NCBI RefSeq assembly: GCF_004010195.1
Contig: NC_057751.1
Span: 19,045,387 to 19,109,386, forward strand
DNA length: 64,000 bases
Direction of reading: 5' to 3'
Origin: Chiloscyllium plagiosum
Taxonomy: Eukaryota
In this document: positions 61,993 to 64,000 of the stretch, in pieces
How the letters are laid out: the number at the start of each line of letters is the position of its first letter
Position numbering within the stretch: the stretch's first letter is position 1
Program-made: the position numbers and the translations under genes
Notes under the pieces: generated by a model
The model's database searches: none
Told to the model about the DNA's origin: nothing
Seen by the model: only the letters and a program-made list of their open reading frames with translations

Positions 61993-62200
61993 TTGCTGGA
62001 GCCATTTAGCAGATCTGGCAGCATTTGTGGCGAGAAATTAGAATTAATGTTTCAGGTCCAGTGATCCTTCCTTAGTCACTGGACCCGAAACGTTAATTCT
62101 GATTTCTCTGCAGAAGCTGCCAGACCTGCTGAGCTTTTCCAGCAATCTTTTGTTTTTGTGTGTTTTTTTTGTTGTTTTCTGATCCTCCACATTGTTGTAG
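61993..62200. mobile_element. Palindromic short element (family B) with degenerate hammerhead motifs
   Basis: Inverted arms 61993-62145 plus tail. Plus strand GTCACTGGACCC-GAAA-CGTTA; minus strand CTAAGGA-AGGATCACTGGACCT-GAAA-CATTA. Confidence 0.75.
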
Positions 62201-62944
62201 TATTGGAGGTTTTGACTCTTTTTTTTTTTTTCTCTCGCTTCTCTGCTGCCACACTTGTGCATGCTGAGCTGACATTCCAAGGCCAGTGGTGTTCATGTGT
62301 TGGTCAATGGCTATCCCTTGCCTGTGGGTCATGATGGTGTCAAACTGTGGTCTCAGTTGTGAAAACTTCTCCAGACTGAGCAATGTTATGACATTTTGAA
62401 GGGTTGATTATACAAATTCTTGTCCTTGGATCTGTTGTATTTAAATAGTATTTGATGTGCTTCTGTAAAATAGACCTGACTACTGGAGTTTTGGAAATTT
62501 CCCAAAATAAGGCTTTGGTAATGAAAGTTAAATTTATACTTAACAGAAATTTGAAAATTCATTTTGTGCTCCCTAATAAGGAGTTTGTATTGTTCCTTTT
62601 TAAACAGTCTCCCAATTAGACTCCATTTTCCTTTTGTACTTAATGTAGCCTTAGAATATTAACTTCTAATTTGTGAAAAAGCAGACTTTCTGGTTTGAAC
62701 TCATTTGAAGGTGTGCAGAAATATATCAAAAGCTTAAACAACCACTATTTGTTGTAATCCCTATTTGTTTTTTAAAGTTCCACAGAATTCTTCAAAAAGT
62801 ATGCCAGATATTTGCTCTCACTCTCTTTCTTGCGTGCTCTCTCATCCTTTTGTGAATTGCTTTGTGGCGACCCCCCCACCCCCACCAATCTCTAACTTTC
62901 TACAATCCCCTATATCCTTCTGTATCTCTGTAACTAGGACTCTA

Positions 62945-63410
62945 GAGTTTGAGCTATAAGGAGAGGCTGAATAGGCTGGGGCTTTTCTTTTTCTCTGGAG
63001 TGTAGGAGACTGAGGGGTGACCTTTTCTATACAGGTTTCTAAAATCAAGGGCATGGATAAGGTGAATAGGCAAGATTTTTTTTTTCCTCCCAGGTTAGGG
63101 GAGTCCAAAACTAGAGGGCATAGGTTTAAGATGAGAGGGGAAAGATTTTTAAAAAGGACCTGAGGTGTAAAAGACAAAGACCAAATACTAACCTGAGGAT
63201 GGGACATACATGGAATGAGCTGCCAGAGGAAGTGGTGGAGGCTGGTACTACACTTTTTTAAAAAGGGCAATGGGATGGGTATGTGAATAAAAAGTGTTTC
63301 GAGGGCTATGGGCCAAATGCTGGCAAATTGGGACTTGGCCATATTGGGATATCTAGTTGACGTGGACAAAATGGACCAAAGAGTTTGTTTCTGTGCTGTA
63401 TGACTCTATC
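62945..63410 (+). mobile_element. CR1 3' fragment
   Basis: LSYKERLNRLG and WNELPEEVVEAG segments with a CR1 tail. Confidence 0.88.
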
Positions 63411-63639
63411 TCCTACAACACCCTACGCTCCTCTCTATCTCTAACTTCCTTCAGCCCCTACATCTACCCTGATCTGTAACCTCCTCAAGCCCTTATACCC
63501 CTCCTGATCTCCATCCCCTATGTCCCTCGCTTTCTCCATCACCTCCTCCAGCCCTTTAAAACCACCCCAAGATCTGTGTTCTTCAGCACCCACAACTTTA
63601 ATGTCCACCACATAGGCAGCTGAAGGAGTAGCCACCACA

Positions 63640-63842
63640 GAGTCAGATGTACAGCATGGAAACCGACCTCTCTGTTTCCCATCCATGCCAACCACCTATC
63701 CTAAATAGATCTAACCTCATTTGTCAGCATTTGACCCATAATCCTCTAAACCCATCCTATTCATATCCCCATCCAGATGCCTTTTAAATGTTGTAATTGT
63801 ACCAGCCTCCACCACTTCTGGCAGTTCATTCCATACGTGCAC
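63640..63842 (-). mobile_element. CR1 3' end fragment
   Basis: Same tail as the copies at 17578 and 18781. Confidence 0.8.
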
Positions 63843-64000
63843 CAGGGTCTTGGGCTTTGGAATTCCTTATCCAAATTTCCATCTCTCTATTCCTTTTTAC
63901 TTTACTTTTCCTGTCCCTTCTACTTCCTTCACTTGTCCCTAATATTGACTTTGGTGGCTTGGGTTAAATTTTGTATCATAATGTCCTTGCCCTGATCTTT

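Overview
Eukaryotic, intron-rich vertebrate DNA. HE1-type V-SINEs, SacSINE1/Deu-like SINEs and dense CR1 debris point to a cartilaginous fish (shark). This is inferred from repeat content, not from a database hit. Three protein-coding genes can be built exon by exon with GT-AG junctions and consistent phases. (1) The 5' end of UNC93B1 (+, two coding exons, 1815-3748) stops at a 500-N scaffold gap. (2) A complete NABP/SOSS-B ssDNA-binding gene (-, six coding exons, 29550-12021, 216 aa) is NABP2 by its position next to RNF41 but carries several NABP1-like residues. (3) A complete RNF41/Nrdp1 (+, five coding exons, 48369-57584, 318 aa) is divergent from NABP2 and has a long 3' UTR. The rest is mostly retroelements (CR1, L2-like, Tx1-like, Penelope, SINEs) and tandem repeats. 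The most interesting non-obvious structures are: a size series of Penelope-type insertions (2.6 kb, 0.7 kb, about 0.22 kb) that share an inverted architecture, 12-16 bp TSDs and minimal hammerhead-ribozyme motifs, including an ORF-less 194-bp palindrome; an inverted pair of SINEs, each with the same expanded 52-bp minisatellite, bracketing a UNC93B1 exon; ISRE and IRF-Ets motifs upstream of UNC93B1; and a perfect 19-bp hairpin in the NABP2 proximal promoter. No prokaryotic system, CRISPR array, rRNA or true tRNA gene is supported. Repeat boundaries without TSDs are approximate.
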